Assembly (NCBI RefSeq): GCF_020745735.1
Contig: NW_026867529.1
Span: 62,001-126,000, forward strand
Reading direction: 5' to 3'
DNA: 64,000 nt
From: Hemiscyllium ocellatum
Lineage: Eukaryota
A program made the position numbers and the translations under genes. A model generated the notes under the pieces. It searched no databases, was not told where the DNA came from, and saw only the letters and a program-made list of their open reading frames with translations. Below, piece after piece: positions 1-13,574 of the stretch (positions within the stretch are counted from its first letter, which is position 1; each line of letters opens with the position of its first letter).

Positions 1-420
1 TAGGAAAATCTTATGAGGAAAGGCTGAGGCACTTGGGGCTGTTCTCATTGGAGAAGAGAAGGTTTAGGGGAGATCTGATAGAAGTGTATAAGATGATTAG
101 GGGTTTAGATAGGGTAGATACTAAGAACCTTTTACCGCTAATGGAGTCAGGTGTTACTAGGGGACATAGCTTTAAATTAAGGGGTGGTAGGTATAGGACA
201 GATGTTAGGGGTAGATTCTTCACACAGCGGGTTGTGAGTTCATGGAATGCCCTGCCCGTATCAGTGGTGAACTCTCCTTCTTTGTGGTCATTTAAGCGGG
301 CATTAGATAGGCATTTGGAAGTTATTGGGCTAGTATAGGTTAGGTAGGATTCGGTCGGCGCAACATCGAGGGCCGAAGGGCCTGTACTGCGCTGTATCCT
401 TCTATGTTCTATGTTCTATG
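1..420 (+). mobile_element. 3' end of a CR1 LINE (same subfamily as 29578-32086)
   Basis: ORF 33-338 is the ORF2 C-terminus; aligns by eye to 31668-32086; (TTCTATG)n tail. Confidence 0.9.
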
Positions 421-539
421 TCCCTATTGGCACTCAGGAGACTGCCCCACCAACATGGCTATCACAGCATCCAATCCTGGCCACCAACATAAATTCTTAT
501 CAACATCCTAATTTTGGAAATCACAGGACGACCCTGCTG

Positions 540-633
540 GAGCTGAAGAAGGGCTTATGCCTGAAACGTCGATTCTCCTGCTCCTTTGATGCTGTCTGAC
601 CTGCTGCGCTTTTCCAGCAACACATTTTTCAGC
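540..633 (+). mobile_element. Solo Penelope terminal repeat
   Basis: CTGAAGAAGGGCTTATGCCTGAAACGTCGATTCTCCTGCTCC..., same family as 43787 and 56184. Confidence 0.75.
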
Positions 634-2199
634 CTTGCTCCCCATATTAGTATGCAGTTTTCAGTGGCCATCTGATCTCACCAGATCCACAAACGATTCA
701 ATCCTGCTTATGATGATCTTTTCGTTTCTAACACTGCAGTTGTTTCTTTTTTCTCACCAGTACGGGACCTTGTTCTAATCGGAGATTGTCAGAGATGACT
801 GGAAGGGTGTGCAGAAAGTTTAAAACCAGAACAGACTTTTCCAGTGTATCCATCATTGGGAGTTGGCTTCAGGCATTAACCACTTGACCGCCTGCTTGGT
901 GTTCCAACTTGTAATTGTATGCAGTTAATAACAGCTAACGGCTGAATTTGACCAGAACCTAGAAGTGGGATGGCCTGTCCTCTTCAGCTCATCTTAACAA
1001 GTGTTTGGGTCCATTACTCTTTCAAATGTATGCATAGAAAGGTATTGACTGAACTTTCTCACACAAAGATTCCTGCCAAACTTTGTTTCTCTATGCGATG
1101 CATCTTCATTTGGCATCAGCTGAAGTCTGGGAAACGTACACTAATCGGACAGTCCTCCCTGTTGAGCCATCGGTGAGCCAGACACTGGTACAGTATCGGA
1201 ACGCTGCACATGTCAGCGACACATCTCACTGGGGATTATTCTTTGCCAAGACTTTAAACAATGAAATCCGTGTTTTCACTTGCCAAAAGGCTACTTCTTG
1301 GCAACGTCACTATTTGTAAGGCTATCCCTTTCTGAATAGCATACCTAAGCTGCCAAAATGGAGGCTCGGTCATTTTCCGTAACAATTCACTAACCCAAGG
1401 AAAGATCAAAGCTCAGATGCTGACATGGGAACAGAGGAACCACAGGGAGGAGACAGTTGAGAAGGATTTTGGCAATGATTGACGTAAGGGATATTCCCCA
1501 GTAGTTACCACAGTCAGACATGTTCCATTTCTTTGAAAATATTCATGGTTGTGGCATCTGGGAGCTCCCCTAGGATATTCTACTCTGTCCAGACAGTCTT
1601 GTCAATTTCGTCCAAGGCTTGGGTATTGCTTATAAGTTTTGGTCTGCAGACTGCTATGTGGACAGTAGATGACAATGACCTAGTTTTCACAGAGTCAGCT
1701 GCTTGAATGAGCAGTCAGGACTCCCTGATTGGACCAGATTCATAGCCCCAACTTGGGAAATTCTGTTCAATGATGTTCAGCTGGCTGACCTCGCTCCAAT
1801 AATTACTTTCCTCCACCTCGAAGTCCTAAGATTTATGCCTATTCTTCTTCCTGTGGCATCTCCTGGGATGTTTTCCCAACAGGTCGGGTTCCTCAAACTC
1901 TGGCTTGGATAGTGCTGGCGCATACCAGACTGTGACTGCCTCTTGCCCCTGGAGCATCTGACCAGACATTCATCATCGTCTGCCAGCAATGTTGTGACAG
2001 CTGCTGTGTCCATCTTTCCCCTCAGAGGTTTCTTCGACACTGGGAGGATGGGGAGAATTAACAGGTTTTGACAGCCTTGCCAGATATTCGGAGTGACCGG
2101 TACAGTTTGCTCTTGGCCATTTGGAGAGGATGTGGTACTCTCTACATTGGTGGGACCAAACAAAGTAAAATAAGGGTCAGCCTGGCCCCTACTCACCAT

Positions 2200-3790
2200 C
2201 CATTTCAATTCCGCCTCCCACTCCCTCCCTTACACGTTAATTCTCGACCTCCATTGTCGCAGTGAATCAGGAGGAACACCGCATCTTCCACCTGGGCAGC
2301 CGACAGCCTGGAGAACTCAACACAGTTCTCCAATTTCAAATAACCTGCCCACCCATGCCCCAAATCCCCTTTCACATTTATCCTTTTTGGTTGCAGGGTC
2401 CCAAGGCAGAATATGAGGCGTTTCTCCACCAGGTTTCGGCTGGTAATGGTTTAGCAGTGGAGAAGGCCCAGGACCTGCATGCCCTTGATGGAGTGGGCGA
2501 GGGAGTTGAAGTGTACAGCCACGGGACGATGAGGTTGGTGCATGCAGGTGTCCCAGAGATGTTCTCTGAAACGATCCGCAAGAAAACATCCTGTCTCCCT
2601 GATGTAGAGGAGACCACACCAGGTGCAACGGATGCAGTAGATGTTGCTGGTAGAGGTATAGTTAAATTTTTGACAGATGTGGAAGAATCCCTCGGGGCCT
2701 TGGATGGAGGTGAGGGGAGTGGTGCGGCCATAGGTTTTGCACTTCCTGTGGTGGCAAGAAACAGTGCCAGGAGTGGGGTGTAGGCTAGTAGGGGACGTGG
2801 ACCTGACGAGGGAGTCACGGAAGGAATGGTCTTTTTGGAAAGCTGATAGGGGTGGGGCGGGAAATATATTTCTGATTGTGGGGTCCATTTGGAGGTCCAT
2901 TAGTTCAGTGGGACAAGTGCAGGTTGAGACAATGGGTCGACCAGTGCAGTCAGGTTTGAGTGTCTTAGGAAGGAGGTGGAATCAGGCAGTGCAGGGTTCA
3001 TGGACGTTTAGGTTAGAGTCTGTGGATGGGTGATCCCCAGAGATGATGAGATTGTGGATGGTCCGGGGGATAATGGCTTGGTGATGGAAAGTGAGGTCGT
3101 GAGCAAGGGGGCGGTCGGAGGCGGAGTCTGCAAGTTGGTGCCTGGCTTCAGTAGTGTAGAGGTCAGTGCACCACACGACTACTACGAACCCCACCACCCC
3201 CCCACCCGCACGTTTGATGGTGAGGTTGGGGTTGGAGTGGAGGGAGTGGAGGACTGCATGTTGAGAGGGAAAGAGGTTGGAGTGAGTGAGGTGGTTGGAC
3301 AAGTTGAGGCAGTCAATGTCATGGTAGCAGTTTGAAATGAAGAGGTCAAGCATAGATAACAGGCCAGCATGGGGTGTCCATGGATGTGGTGTGTTGAAGG
3401 CGGGACAAGGGGGTCCCCCGTGGATGTGCAGGTGTCTCGGTTAAAAAAAAGTCAATACAGAGGCGGAGGAAGAAACACTCAAGATTGCAGCTTGTGTCGA
3501 ACTCATTAAACTGGGACCGTAGAGGGATAAAGGTGAGGCCTTTACTGAGGACGACACATTCGTCCCTAGTGAGGGGAAGGTCTGGAGGAATGGTGAAGAC
3601 ACCGCAAGGATGGGAGCTAGGACCCCAACTACCTCCCTCTCTATCTGTAGCACCCCTTACCCCCACCCAGGTCCTGAAGAAGGGTTATACCTGAAACATT
3701 GACTTCTGCACCTCCCGATGCTGCCTGGTTTGCTGTGTTCTTCCAGCCTCCTGTTTGTCTACTTCAGATTCCAACATCTACAGGGTTTGT
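2200..3790 (-). mobile_element. Penelope-like element, rearranged, with inverted ends
   Basis: GIY-YIG region IYCIRCTWCGLLYIRETG..LADRFREH (2451-2900) and N-terminal LSKGLTF motif (3346-3666). A plus-strand duplicate of the EN end lies at 2200-2345 and a plus-strand terminal repeat at 3660-3790. Confidence 0.8.
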
Positions 3791-4299
3791 TTTATATAAA
3801 AGTCTCTCGCTAGTCACTGAAGCAGTATAAATTGTAATTGCACGGTGGGGTCTATGGAATTTTTGGAGATGTGGCTGAAGCCAAGGGAATTTCCTGAAAA
3901 ATTGAAAATTCTGTCAGGGTAATCTCTGTGCAACTGGAAACTTTAACTTTCAGAGGATTCTAACTTACTCAAGCTTAATAATTACACAACAAAAAGTTCC
4001 GAGTTGAAAAACGTGCTCCAACTGTTTGGTAATCGCGAAATCCACTTTATCTCTGGTCTCCAGAGCAACATTCCCATCCCACTCCCCCATTCCAACTCAC
4101 ACCCCCCCCACCCCATCCAGACTCCTTCACAACCCTCATCTGATCTGAACCCAACTCAACATCTTCCTCAGAGCCCACACTGACCCTGACCTTCTCTCCC
4201 TCACACCCCACCGACTACACAATATTGTGCTGGTTGGAGTGGAAACCAGCCTCCCCCTTGCCCCCTCCTCAGGAGCTCACCCTGACATCTCACTGACTG

Positions 4300-4620
4300 G
4301 AGCAGACACGTTTCCCTCGCGACCACACCCAGCCCTGATGACGTCACTCACCACGTTCCAGAACTTTCCGTTAAACCGTGTAACCTTCCCGCTCTTGGCC
4401 AGAGCATGCGCAGTAGGTGGTGGCCTGGGAGGGAACATGCGCAGTAAATGCCTTCCCCCGCCTGCCGTTCCTTGCTGAGAGCCGGCAGTGGCAGCGGTTG
4501 TTGAGCGGCGCTGGGTTTAGGATTAAGTCGGTCAGTTATCAGGAGAACTCTGGTAATAAGGGAGGTAATGGATTTAAAGAGTGGAGATCCCCGGGATTTG
4601 CTCGTTACCATCCGAGTGTG
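4300..4620. promoter_or_regulatory. CpG-rich housekeeping-type promoter candidate
   Basis: About 20 CpGs in about 320 bp in an otherwise CpG-poor window. TGACGTCA (4339-4346), CATGCGCAGTA twice (4405, 4436), CCCCGCC near 4456, donor-like G|GTCAGT at 4531. Confidence 0.6.
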
Positions 4621-5286
4621 TTAAAGGAAATTCCCTCATTATAATCATTGCAGAATATTCTCGATCGGAAAATAACACCACTCCGAGGAAAACCAGGGAC
4701 ACACTGAGCAGTTAGTCTAAGTGTTGGAGTTTATCATCAGGGATGGGGTCACTGAATATCTTGTACATTTTTAAGTTAATCAATGAGCGTCATGACACGT
4801 AGGTCATGCCTGACAAACTTCTGAATTGTTTGACGAGATGACTGAGGTCGGACATGGCAATGTCAACAGAGGCAGTGCTCACATGGACTACCAGGAGGCA
4901 TTTGATGAATCCCACATAATAGTCTTAGTCAGAAACCTATGAAATTGAAGGCAAATTACTGACATGGATGGATAATGGATAGGAACTCAGATTTGGCAGG
5001 ATGTGACCAGTGGTGTCCTGTTGGGATCTGTGTTTGGCTTCAGTTATTCACATTATTTATTGATTAATCGGACAATGACACAATGGCCATATATCCAAAT
5101 TTGCTGATGACACAATGTTAGGTATTCAAGGTTTGTGTAAAGATTTGTAGCTCAGGTGCCTTTTGCCATGGTTGTGGGTATGATCGCTGAGCTGGGAAGT
5201 TGATTTGCAGACATTTTTGTCTCCTATCTAGGTGACAGCTTCAATGCATATTAGATGGCACTATAGACATGTACATCAGTGTACAT

Positions 5287-5601
5287 GGTGGGCGGCACGG
5301 TGGCGCAGTGGTTAGCACTGCTGCCTCACAGCACCTGTAGACCCGGGTTCAATTCCCGACTCAGGTGACTGACTGTGTGGAGTTTGCACGTTCTCCCCGT
5401 GTCTGCGTGGGTTTCCTCCGGTGCTCCGGTTTCCTCCCACAGTCCAAAGATGTGCAGGTCAGGTGAATTGGCCAAGCTAAATTGCCCGTAGTGTTAGGTA
5501 AGGGGTAAATGTAGGGTATGGGTGGGTTGCGCTTCGGGGTCGGTGTGGACTTGTTGGGCCGAAGGGCCTGTTTCCACACTGTAAGTCTAATCTAATCTAA
5601 T
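5287..5601 (+). mobile_element. tRNA-derived SINE (HE1/V-SINE type)
   Basis: Pol III A box TGGCGCAGTGG, B box GGTTCAATTCC, central GTGGAGTTTGCACGTTCTCCCCGTG, CR1-like 3' end and (TCTAA)n tail. Confidence 0.9.
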
Positions 5602-6737
5602 CAGCGTTTCTCAACCTTTCCCTATTCAAAGCCCCCTTCTTATCCTTGAAATCATGCAACGCCTCCCAAAAGTAAAGCTTGAGTTCACATATAGTACTTT
5701 CATCAATTTGTACGGCAGTTTCTTTCAATATCAAAAGGGAACATAATTTATCCTCAAGATTTGAGGCCATTTCATCGATGTACCTTCTCACGGAAGGTGG
5801 AAGAAGAATATGCTTGATAGTCGTTGATAGTTCCTGATGTAGCACAGTTGATAATATTTTGGCAATAGCTGGAAGCACCAACAATTCACCCACGGAATGA
5901 GGTTTACCACATTTTGCAATTAGCTTCGCTATGTTGTATGATGCCACAAGGCCATCCACATTTGTGGCTCTGTCTTTGAAAAAGCAATGGAAATCGTTGG
6001 TTGTTGATTGAATTTATTCTTAATGCTTGAAAATATGCCAAATCTTCGTCCTTTTTGTCACTATTTCTTTTCCAAATGTTTAATAAGATAGGAAGGCTTC
6101 ATGGCCTCGTTGGAAAAACTTTGTTCACAGACAGAGCAAGCACAGTGGTAATTGCTTATTAGATAGAGATTGAATAAAGCCATATCACAAATAGTCCATA
6201 CTATACTGCATGCTATACTCCACTTTTTCTTACTCAATGAGGCCATTTTTACACTGTCGCTCGAATACCCTAATGGAATCATGGGTATTACCTTATCACA
6301 ATTATTTTAAGACGCTCAGACAAGTGGCAAAATTTGATTGACTAATTAGCTGTAATGTGCATTCATTCTGCCACCCGAGCAGAATGCCATCTTAGAAACG
6401 ACACGAGTTAGGTGATATTGATCTCAGCAGTAGAATCAGTGCCAACTGCGAACGAGTTCAAATGGTTTGCTATTCACGGAAAAGACTATCAATAATAGCT
6501 CAGGAACCAATCAGAGCGCACTCCTCCATGGGTGCAGGGAAAATAACAGACTCGTGTTATGCGACTGTCCATCTGCACCCAGCAATGTCCTTCAAGGACA
6601 TGGCAGTCTTCCAAGTGATTGGTAAGCTCTCTACAAAGTCGTTCAGTGACCCCTTGCCGTCCCCTTTGACTTCAACGCCGACCGAAGGAAGGGAAACGCC
6701 CCTCAGGAGGCACTTCCACCCCCGTTGAGAAACACTG
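5602..6737 (-). mobile_element. Internally deleted hAT DNA transposon (Buster/Charlie type)
   Basis: TIRs CAGCGTTTCTCAA (5602) and TTGAGAAACACTG (6725-6737); 8-bp target GTGTACAT at 6738-6745 with TA centre. BED-finger remnant CSVC..NEAMKPSYLIKH and ASYNIAKLIAKCGKPHSVGELLVLPA are typical of ZBED5/Buster transposases. Confidence 0.85.
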
Positions 6738-7169
6738 GTGTACATGATGGCATAAAATTACAAGGGGATATTCATAGACTAGGTGGACGGGCAAAACTGT
6801 GATAGAGAGAGTTCAGTGTGAGTGTGAGGTATCAATTTTGGACTGAAGGAGGATAGATCATGATGTTTTTCAAGATGGTATGAAGTTAAGTATAGTGGAA
6901 GTCCAAAGAGACTTTGGTTTTAGGTGAATAGATCTTTAAAATGCCATGAATAGATGCAGAAAAAATTATAATCAAACACATGCCAGCTTTTATAACGAGA
7001 GGAAGACAGTACAAGGATGCAGAAGTTACGCTGTGAGTATTCAAAACTGTTCGAACCTTACCTGGAGTACTGAGAACAGATTTGGGCATCAGGTCTTAGG
7101 AAGGATACATTGGCTTGTAGTGAGTACAAAATATGTTTACAAGAATGAGACTTGTAGTTTATTCACTCA

Positions 7170-8790
7170 TGGGATGTGAGCTTTGTCGACTGGTGAGCAC
7201 TTATTATCCCACCCGGGATGCCTTTGTGAAGACGGTGGTAGTATGCCTTCTTGAATTGCTGCAGTTGATGTTGCTGGTTCATCCATCATAAGGTCAGAAG
7301 TGGAGATGTTCACTGATGATTGTAGAGTGTTTGGAATTGGCGACTCCTCAGGTACTGAATAGTCCACGTTCAAATGCAACAAGATCAGGACAATTTCCAG
7401 AATCAGGCTGACAAGTGACAAGTAATATTTACACTAAACAAATGCAGGGCTATAACCATTACCAATAAAGACAATCTGACCATCATCCCCTGGTATTCAA
7501 TTGTATTATCATCACCAAATCCCCAACTATCAACATCCTAGGCGTTACCATTGACCAGGAACTCAACTGGACTTGTCACACAAACACAGTGGCTATCGGA
7601 GCAGATCAGAGATTAGGAATCGTGTGGCAAGTAACTCAGGTTGTGACTCCCAAAGCCTGATCATTATCAATATGGCACAAGTCCGGAGTCGGTTGGAGGG
7701 CAACTTGCCTGGATGAGTGCAGCTCCCACAATGCTGAGAAAGCTTGACATCATCCAGGACAGAACAGCCTGCTTCATTGGCTTTACATCCACTCCCTCTG
7801 CCACTTATGCTCAATAGCAGTAGTGTGTACTGTCAACAAGATGCACTGCAGAAATTCACCAGAGATCCTCAGACATCACCTTCCAAAATCATGACCACTT
7901 CTATCTCAAAGGAGAAGAGCAGCACCATCACCTTCAAGTTCCCTTCTTAACGTCCACTTAACAGTCTGACTTGGAAATACATTGCCTTTTCTTCCTTGTC
8001 ATTGGGTTAAAATCATGGAATTCCCTTCCTCATGTCAGTGTAGGTCAACCTACAACAGGTGAACTGCAGCGGTTCAAGAAGGCAACTCACCACCACCTCA
8101 TCAACGACAACTAGGGACAGGCATAAAATGCTGGCCAGCCAGTGATGCCCACATACTACAAATGAATAAAAGGTCCATAAGCTGTTGGTGAATCCACAAT
8201 GCACTTAGGGAAGAAATTCCAGGGTTTTGATCCAGTGACTGAACAAATAGTAATATTTTTCCAATCCTGGATGGCAAGTCGTTTGGAGGGGAACTTGCTG
8301 GTGTTGGTGTTCCCATGAATCTGCTGCCCTTGTCATTCTGGATGGAAGTGGTTTTACATGATGAATCATGTTAGGCACATATGAATTTGATTGTGATTGT
8401 TGGAGGCCAGTCACCTCAGCTCCAGGACGTGTCTTCAGGAGTTCCTCAGTGTAGTGTCTGAAGCCCAACCATCTTCAGCTGCACCATTAATGATGTTCCC
8501 TCGATTATAAGTGCAACTAAGGATCTTTGGTGAATTTGTGCAGTTCATGTTGTTGCAGTGTATCCTGGGTGCCTGGTATGACTTTACCCAGCAGAGAATT
8601 TGCCATCCACCCCTCATATTCCAGTTTTCCTACAGCTCCTTGATGCCACACACAATTGAACATGGTCTTGATGTCAAGGGCTATCACTTTGGCTTCACCT
8701 CCATGTTTGAACCAAGGTTGTAATGAGGTCAGGGACCTATGTGGCCCTAGTGAAACCCAAACTGGGCTTCATTGAGCGGATTATTACTTG
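7170..8790. mobile_element. Decayed LINE remnants (CR1/L2 clade), mixed orientation
   Basis: Related text recurs at 56450-57600; family not resolved. Confidence 0.45.
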
Positions 8791-9229
8791 ACATTTTCTT
8801 GAGAATTTAGAAGGTTAAAGGATGATCTGATTAAGGTCTTTATGATATTACCAGGAAAAGACAGAGTAAATTAAGATAAACTATTTCTACTGATTGGGGA
8901 TTCTAGAATTAGGGTACATCGTCTGAGAATTAGGGCCTGACCACTCAGGAGAGATGTTCAAAAGCACTTCTACATACAAGGTGGGAGATATTTAGAACTT
9001 TTTTCTCAAATGGCAGTGAATGTTAGATTAGTTGATTTTCAATCTGTGATAGGTAACATTTTGTTATGAAGGGAGCTTTGGCACTTAGGTGTAGATAGGC
9101 TATGGCTTATAACAATTAATACGATATTAACAAAATGCAAACTAACAATTTACACTATAAATCTAATGAACTGTCTTGTGCTTTAGCTTAACTCTAATTA
9201 ACCTTAGGATGCTGACGTCAGCGTGTACA

Positions 9230-9500
9230 AGGGGGCATAACTACAAATTGAGGGTGATAGATTTAAAACAAATGTCAGAGGCAGGTTCTTTACGCAGAGA
9301 GTGGTAAGGGTGTAGAATGCCCTACCTGCTAATGTAGTCAACTCAGCCACATTAGGGATTTAAACAATCCTTCGATAAGCACATGGATGATTTTGGGATA
9401 GTGGAACAAGCTGAGAGTAGTTCACAGGTCGGCGCAACATCGAGGGCCGAAAAGCCTGTTCTGCGCTGTATTGTTCTATGTTCTATGTTCTCTATGTTCT
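9230..9500 (+). mobile_element. Short CR1 3' fragment
   Basis: GGTCGGCGCAACATCGAGGGCCGAA and (TTCTATG)n tail. Confidence 0.8.
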
Positions 9501-10020
9501 ATAATCTACATGATGATGATCATCTAGTCATCTTCTCCTGCTAGTTTCAGGCGTGTCTTCACGTGGTTGGTCTCAGGTTACCGCTCCTGAGGATGGTCTT
9601 GCAATGATCCTTACACTTTGAGGATTCTCCCAAAAGGGTATAAAGACTTCAGCATCCACCAATACATTGATCAGGAAGCCATCTCTAAGTAAGGGCTAAG
9701 GCACCCCTGCGTATAGTTAACAGCTTAATTTTTCCAGTTGTCCTGGGGATGATATTCAGGTAAATTCAACTCAATTGAAATTCAAGTGTATATTGTATTG
9801 TCTCCAGCTGCTGAGTCAATTGTATACTGTCTGTCTGTAGCTGCAGTCTCCCTAGATTCTGCACTTTTGGTTAAAGTTTGTCTCAATTTCCCAGCATGCC
9901 TCACTTATTGTCCATTTCTCATAAGTCCACCATTTTGAGTGGCCTGCCTGGCCACAAGGCCCTTCAGCTCTCCAAGTCTGCGCCAACTCATTTCGCCCTT
10001 CTATACTAAAACCGTCCTCA

Positions 10021-12190
10021 CAGAACATAGAACATAGAACAATACAGCACAGAACAGGCCCTTCGGCCCACGATGTTGTGCCGAACATCTGTCCTAGTTT
10101 AAGCACCCATGCATGTACCTATCCAATTGCCGCTTAAAGGTCGCCAATGATTCTGACTCTACCACTCCTACGGGCAGCGCATTCCATGCCCCCACCACTC
10201 TCTGGGTAAAGAACCCACCCCTGACAACTCCCCTATACCTTCCACCCTTCACCTTAAATTTATGTCCCCTTGTAACACTCTGTTGTACCCGGGGGAAAAG
10301 TTTCTGACTGTCTACTCTATCTATTCCTCTGATCATCTTATAAACCTCTATCAAGTCACCCCTCATCCTTCGCCGTTCCAATAAGAAAAGGCCGAGAACT
10401 CTCAACCTATCCTCGTACGACCTATTCTCCATTCCAGGCAACATCCTGGTAAATCTTCTCTGCACCCTCTCCAAAGCTTCCACATCTTTCCTAAAGTGAG
10501 GCAACCAGAACTGCACACAGTACTCCAAATGTGGCCTAACCAAAGTCCTGTACAGCTGCAACATCACTTCACGACTCTTGAATTCAATCCCTCTGCTAAT
10601 GAACGCTAATACACCATATGCCTTCTTACAAGCTCTATCCACCTGAGTGGCAACTTTCAAAGATCTATGTACATAGACCCCAAGATCCCTCTGTTCCTTC
10701 ACCTGACTAAGAACCCTACCGTTAACCCTGTATTCCGCATTCTTATTTGTTCTTCCAAAATGGACAACCTCACACTTGGCAGGGTTGAACTCCACCTGCC
10801 ACTCCTCAGCCCAGCTCTGCATCATATCTAAGTCCCTTTGCAGCCGACAACAGCCCTCCTCACTGTCCACAACTCCACCATCCTCACTGTCCACAACTCC
10901 ACCAATCTTCATATCATCTGCAAATTTACTGATTCCCTCATCCAAGTCATTAATAAAAATTACAAACAGCAGAGGACCCAGAACTGATCCCTGAAAAACT
11001 CCACTTGTAACTGGGCTCCAGGCTGAATATTTACCATCTACCACCACTCTCTGACTTCGACCGGGTTAGCCAGTTTTCTATCCAATTGGCCAAATTTCCC
11101 TCTATCCCATGCCTCCTGACTTTCCGCATAAGCCTACCATGGGGAAACTTATCAAATGCCTTACTAAAATCCATGTACACTACATTCACTGCTCTACCCT
11201 CATCCACATGCTTGGTCACCTCCTCAAAGAATTCAATAAGACTTGTAAGGCAAGACCTACCCTTCACAAATCCATGCTGGCTGTCCCTAATCAAGCAGTG
11301 TCTTTCCAGATACTCATAAATCCTATCCCTCAGTACCCTTTCCATTACTTTGCCTACCACAGAAGTAAGACTAACTGGCCTGTAATTCCCGGGGTTATCC
11401 CTATTCCCTTTTTTGAACCGGGGCACAACATTCGCTACTCTCCAGTCCCCTGGTACCACCCCTGTTGACAGTGAAGACGAAAAGATCATTGCCAACGGTA
11501 CTGCAATTTCCTCTCTTGCTTGCTACATAATCCTAGGATATATCTTGTCAGGCCCAGGGGACTTGTCTATCCTCAAGTTGTTCAAAATGTCCAACACATC
11601 TTCCTTCCTAACAAGTATCTCTTCTAGCTTACCAATCCATTTCACACTCTCCTCTTCAACAATACGGTCCCTCTCATTCGTAAATACTGAAGAAAAGTAC
11701 TCATTCAAGACCTCTCCTATCTCTTCCGACTCAATACACAATCTCCCACTACTGTCCTTGATCGGACCTACCCTCGTTCTCGTCATTCTTATGTTTCTCA
11801 CATACGCATAAAATGCCTTGGGGTTATCCTTGATCCTATCCGCCAAGGATTTTTCATGCCCTCTCTTAGCTCTCCTAATCCCTTTCTTCAGGTCCCTTCT
11901 GGCTATCCTGTATCCCTCCACTGCTCTGTCTGAACCCTGTTTCCTCAACCTTATGTAAGCCTCCTTCTTCCTCTTTACTAGACATTCAACCTCCCTTGTC
12001 AATCAAGGCTCCCTCACACGACCATTTCTTTCCTGCCTGATAGGTACATACATATCAAGGACACGTCGTATCTGCTCCTTGAAAAAGTTCCACATTTCCA
12101 CCACATCCTTCCCTGACAGCCTATGCTCCCAACTTATGCTCCTCAAATCCTGTCTTACAGCATCGTAATTTCCCTTCCCCCAATTGTATT
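10021..12190 (-). mobile_element. CR1 LINE, frameshifted ORF2
   Basis: ORFs 10094-11047, 11031-11495, 11523-12002 and 12003-12206 give successive RT parts (QHGF, QGSVLGP, FADD); tail CAGAACATAGAACATAGAAC at 10021. Confidence 0.92.
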
Positions 12191-12215
12191 CCCCCACAGG
12201 ATCCATATCCCTCTA

Positions 12216-12990
12216 CAGTGGAACCTCGATTATCCAAAGTCCTTGGGCGAGCAGGTTTTCATTCAGGTAATTGATCATTTGGTAAATTGATTTGACGTTA
12301 AACAATTGAAGCTGCATTGCCCATAATTGCATTAAAAAGCATGCTAACAGTGTGTTTATTTCATTTGATCGCTAAAATCTTCACAAACACTGCATATTGC
12401 TTAAAAATTCATGACATTTTACAACTCAGATCACTTTTTATGTACTTGTACAATTAAAAAAAATCATTGAGGTGGAGGCTATTTATTATTTCCAAAGAAA
12501 TTATCCAGCGGCTGTTGTTTGAGGAAGTGCTGTCTCTTTTTTGTTTCCAAACAATAACATGTGACAAAGATGCATCAATTTAACAGCATCAACTTCATCT
12601 TGTGTTTCATACCACTCCATGAAAAGTCGCAAACTGTCAATAGCTTCATTAACTGGAGGTGGTGCCGGTATCAGAATTTCCTTACTATTCACACCATTCA
12701 TACAGTCCTGCTGTTCCTCTGTGACCACGTTGACTATTTGATCATCGGAGAATGTCTCTGTTTCAATTTCGTTGTCAGAGTTCACCCAAGCATCAATCTC
12801 TGTCTCTGCAAAGTCTCCTAAACCCAGGTGTCTGCAGTTTTCAGTGATTTCAGTGGTTATGCTTTGTTCTGAACGGGTGTCCACTTCACTGGCACAGCTC
12901 CCAATACACAAGCTATTGTACCAACAGTCTGCAATTGTTGATGGCTTGATGCGGTCCCATCAATACTCTCCTGATGTTCTCTCTCTCTCC
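12216..12990 (-). mobile_element. Tigger/pogo-like DNA transposon, 3' part
   Basis: TA followed by TIR CAGTGGAACCTCGATTATCC; ORF 12501-12911 resembles the acidic C-terminus of Tigger transposases. Confidence 0.7.
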
Positions 12991-13574
12991 TCTCTTCTGA
13001 ACCTTGCTCTTTTGTCTTTTAGTTAGAGGAGGAAGGGGGCTGACCATTCCTTAACACCAGGTTGGTCCACGATGCTCTGCAAAGTCCACTCCCAAAATAG
13101 TTTTTTTAATTTCAAAAATAAATTTATTCATAAGAAATCTCATAATGTCTTTATAAATACATTGGCACAAGTGCGGTTCAGTTCTATACAGTTGCATATC
13201 AAATAAGCAAACACAACATTGGACTTTGACCTGTCCAAATACCCAAAGACTTCTCTTATATATGCAATACTAATAGTTACATAAATGAGGCAGTTTCTCA
13301 AATATATCTACCTATTAGTATTTGCACACAAGAGTGGATTTTGCTTCCGTTTTTTGGCAGAATCCAAGTCCAATGTTTTGTTTGTTTATTTGATGTGACA
13401 CCGTACAGTCCACTTCCAGAATGCAAATGAGAAATGTCTCAGCTCCTCCAGTTAGATGCACTTCCTCCTGCTGGTCACCTGGGGTGGTCTTCCACGATGC
13501 TCTCCACATCCATGCTGATTGTGAAGTCCACTCTCAGAATGCAAATAAGTGATGTCTCCACACACTTAGATTGA

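Larger units (their letters stand above)
4760..7165 (+). mobile_element. Old CR1 fragment interrupted by later insertions
   Basis: RT-like text (FADD at about 5100) resumes after 6745 (CATAAAATTACAAGGGGATATTCATAGACTAGG). Confidence 0.7.

Noticed and set aside
5287-5360. tRNA gene
   Set aside because: A and B boxes belong to a SINE head that continues into the SINE body and tail.
13408-13560. Two perfect octamers ATGCAAAT (13421, 13539) as a 3' IgH enhancer
   Set aside because: Both sit in a short duplicated segment amid retroelement-like sequence, so they are not independent, and I saw no supporting motif cluster.
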